From NCBI RefSeq assembly GCF_006345805.1, contig NC_042999.1, forward strand, positions 69,006,001 through 69,070,000: a DNA stretch of 64,000 bases, given 5' to 3'. The notes under the pieces are model-generated. The model was not told where the DNA came from and did no database searches. It saw nothing but the letters and a program-made list of their open reading frames with translations. The first letter of the stretch is position 1. Each line of letters opens with the position of its first letter. The stretch comes from Octopus sinensis (taxonomy: Eukaryota). Of this stretch, positions 62,990-64,000 are shown one piece after another. The position numbers and the translations under genes were made by a program.

Positions 62990-63233
62990 CACACACACTA
63001 ATAGACAGACAAACAGACAGGCAGAAAGAGAAAGAAAGACATACAAACAGATAGACAGATAAATAGATAGAGAGACAGAGACAGACAGACAGAGAGACAG
63101 AAAGAGGGACAGACAGGCAGACAGACAGACAAATAGACTGACATGAAGAAAGAGAGAGAGAGAGATACAGACATACAAATAGATAGATAGACAGACAGAT
63201 GACAGGCAGAAAGAGAGAGAGAGAGATACAGAT

Positions 63234-63319
<86 letters not shown>

Positions 63320-63790
63320 GTAGGTATAGAGAAAAAATAGAGAGAGAGGGAGAGAAATCTTAATGAGGCAAGTTCTAGGCCCTGGACTTATTGAAGATAA
63401 GAAACTGAGGATTTTGTGGTATTCATGCCTTTATTCCCCACCACCACCATGCCCACCACTAGCACTCATGAGTATACAAGAAAACCATGACCATCACCAC
63501 TGCAACCACCACCACACCACCACCACCATCATCATAACCACTAGCATCAAATTCACCACCACATCAACAACTAACAGCACACCATCAACCATCACAGCCA
63601 CGATTAGTCTACCGTCACTAACTTCAGCATCACCACCACCGACAACAACACGACCATCACTACCACAACCCCAACTAGCATTAATATCACCACTACCAAC
63701 ACTGCCACCTCAACAACCACCACGACCATCGCTATCATTAGCATCACCACCAACAACACAACGGTCACCATCACCGCGAAATTCTTTACA
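62990..63790. repeat. (AGAC)n/(AGAT)n followed by degenerate (CAC/CAT/CAA)n microsatellites
   Basis: Directly visible. Confidence 0.9.
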
Positions 63791-64000
63791 ATCTGAGACC
63801 AAAATAGAAGTCGTTTATACCTGTAGCTATCAACCCTTTTTTTTTTTTTTACCTATGGACCCTTTTTTACTCCTATCTTACTCAGATGGACTCTCATAGC
63901 TATTTGATGTTCAAAAAATCTTATATTTTCATATTTAAATAGAATTGTATAAAAAATAAATTGTTAAAATATTTTGTCTCTTGTAGAAGCATAACGAATT

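Overview
Eukaryotic, repeat-saturated genomic DNA. The SINE/LINE families and microsatellite density look like an octopus (coleoid cephalopod) genome; this is recognition from memory, not a database result. One protein-coding gene can be reconstructed on the minus strand: a 10-exon N-acetylneuraminate lyase (NPL/NanA, DHDPS-family class I aldolase)-like gene from 53044 to 2480. Its coding exons total 915 nt, all splice phases are compatible, and they give 304 aa; the ATG-bearing first exon was not found. It keeps GTTGE, the catalytic Tyr and the Schiff-base Lys, but has lost the GxDE and GS sugar-binding motifs. Its introns hold RTE and CR1 LINE fragments, tRNA-derived SINEs, mariner derivatives, piggyBac-like MITEs, foldback elements and near-identical tandem duplications. 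They also hold a frameshifted Penelope-like retroelement (RT + GIY-YIG) whose tail encloses an orphan, decayed exon of an M16/C05D11.1-like metallopeptidase, and several hammerhead ribozyme motifs, including a perfect head-to-head palindromic pair. Most ORFs in the supplied track are microsatellite or repeat artefacts.
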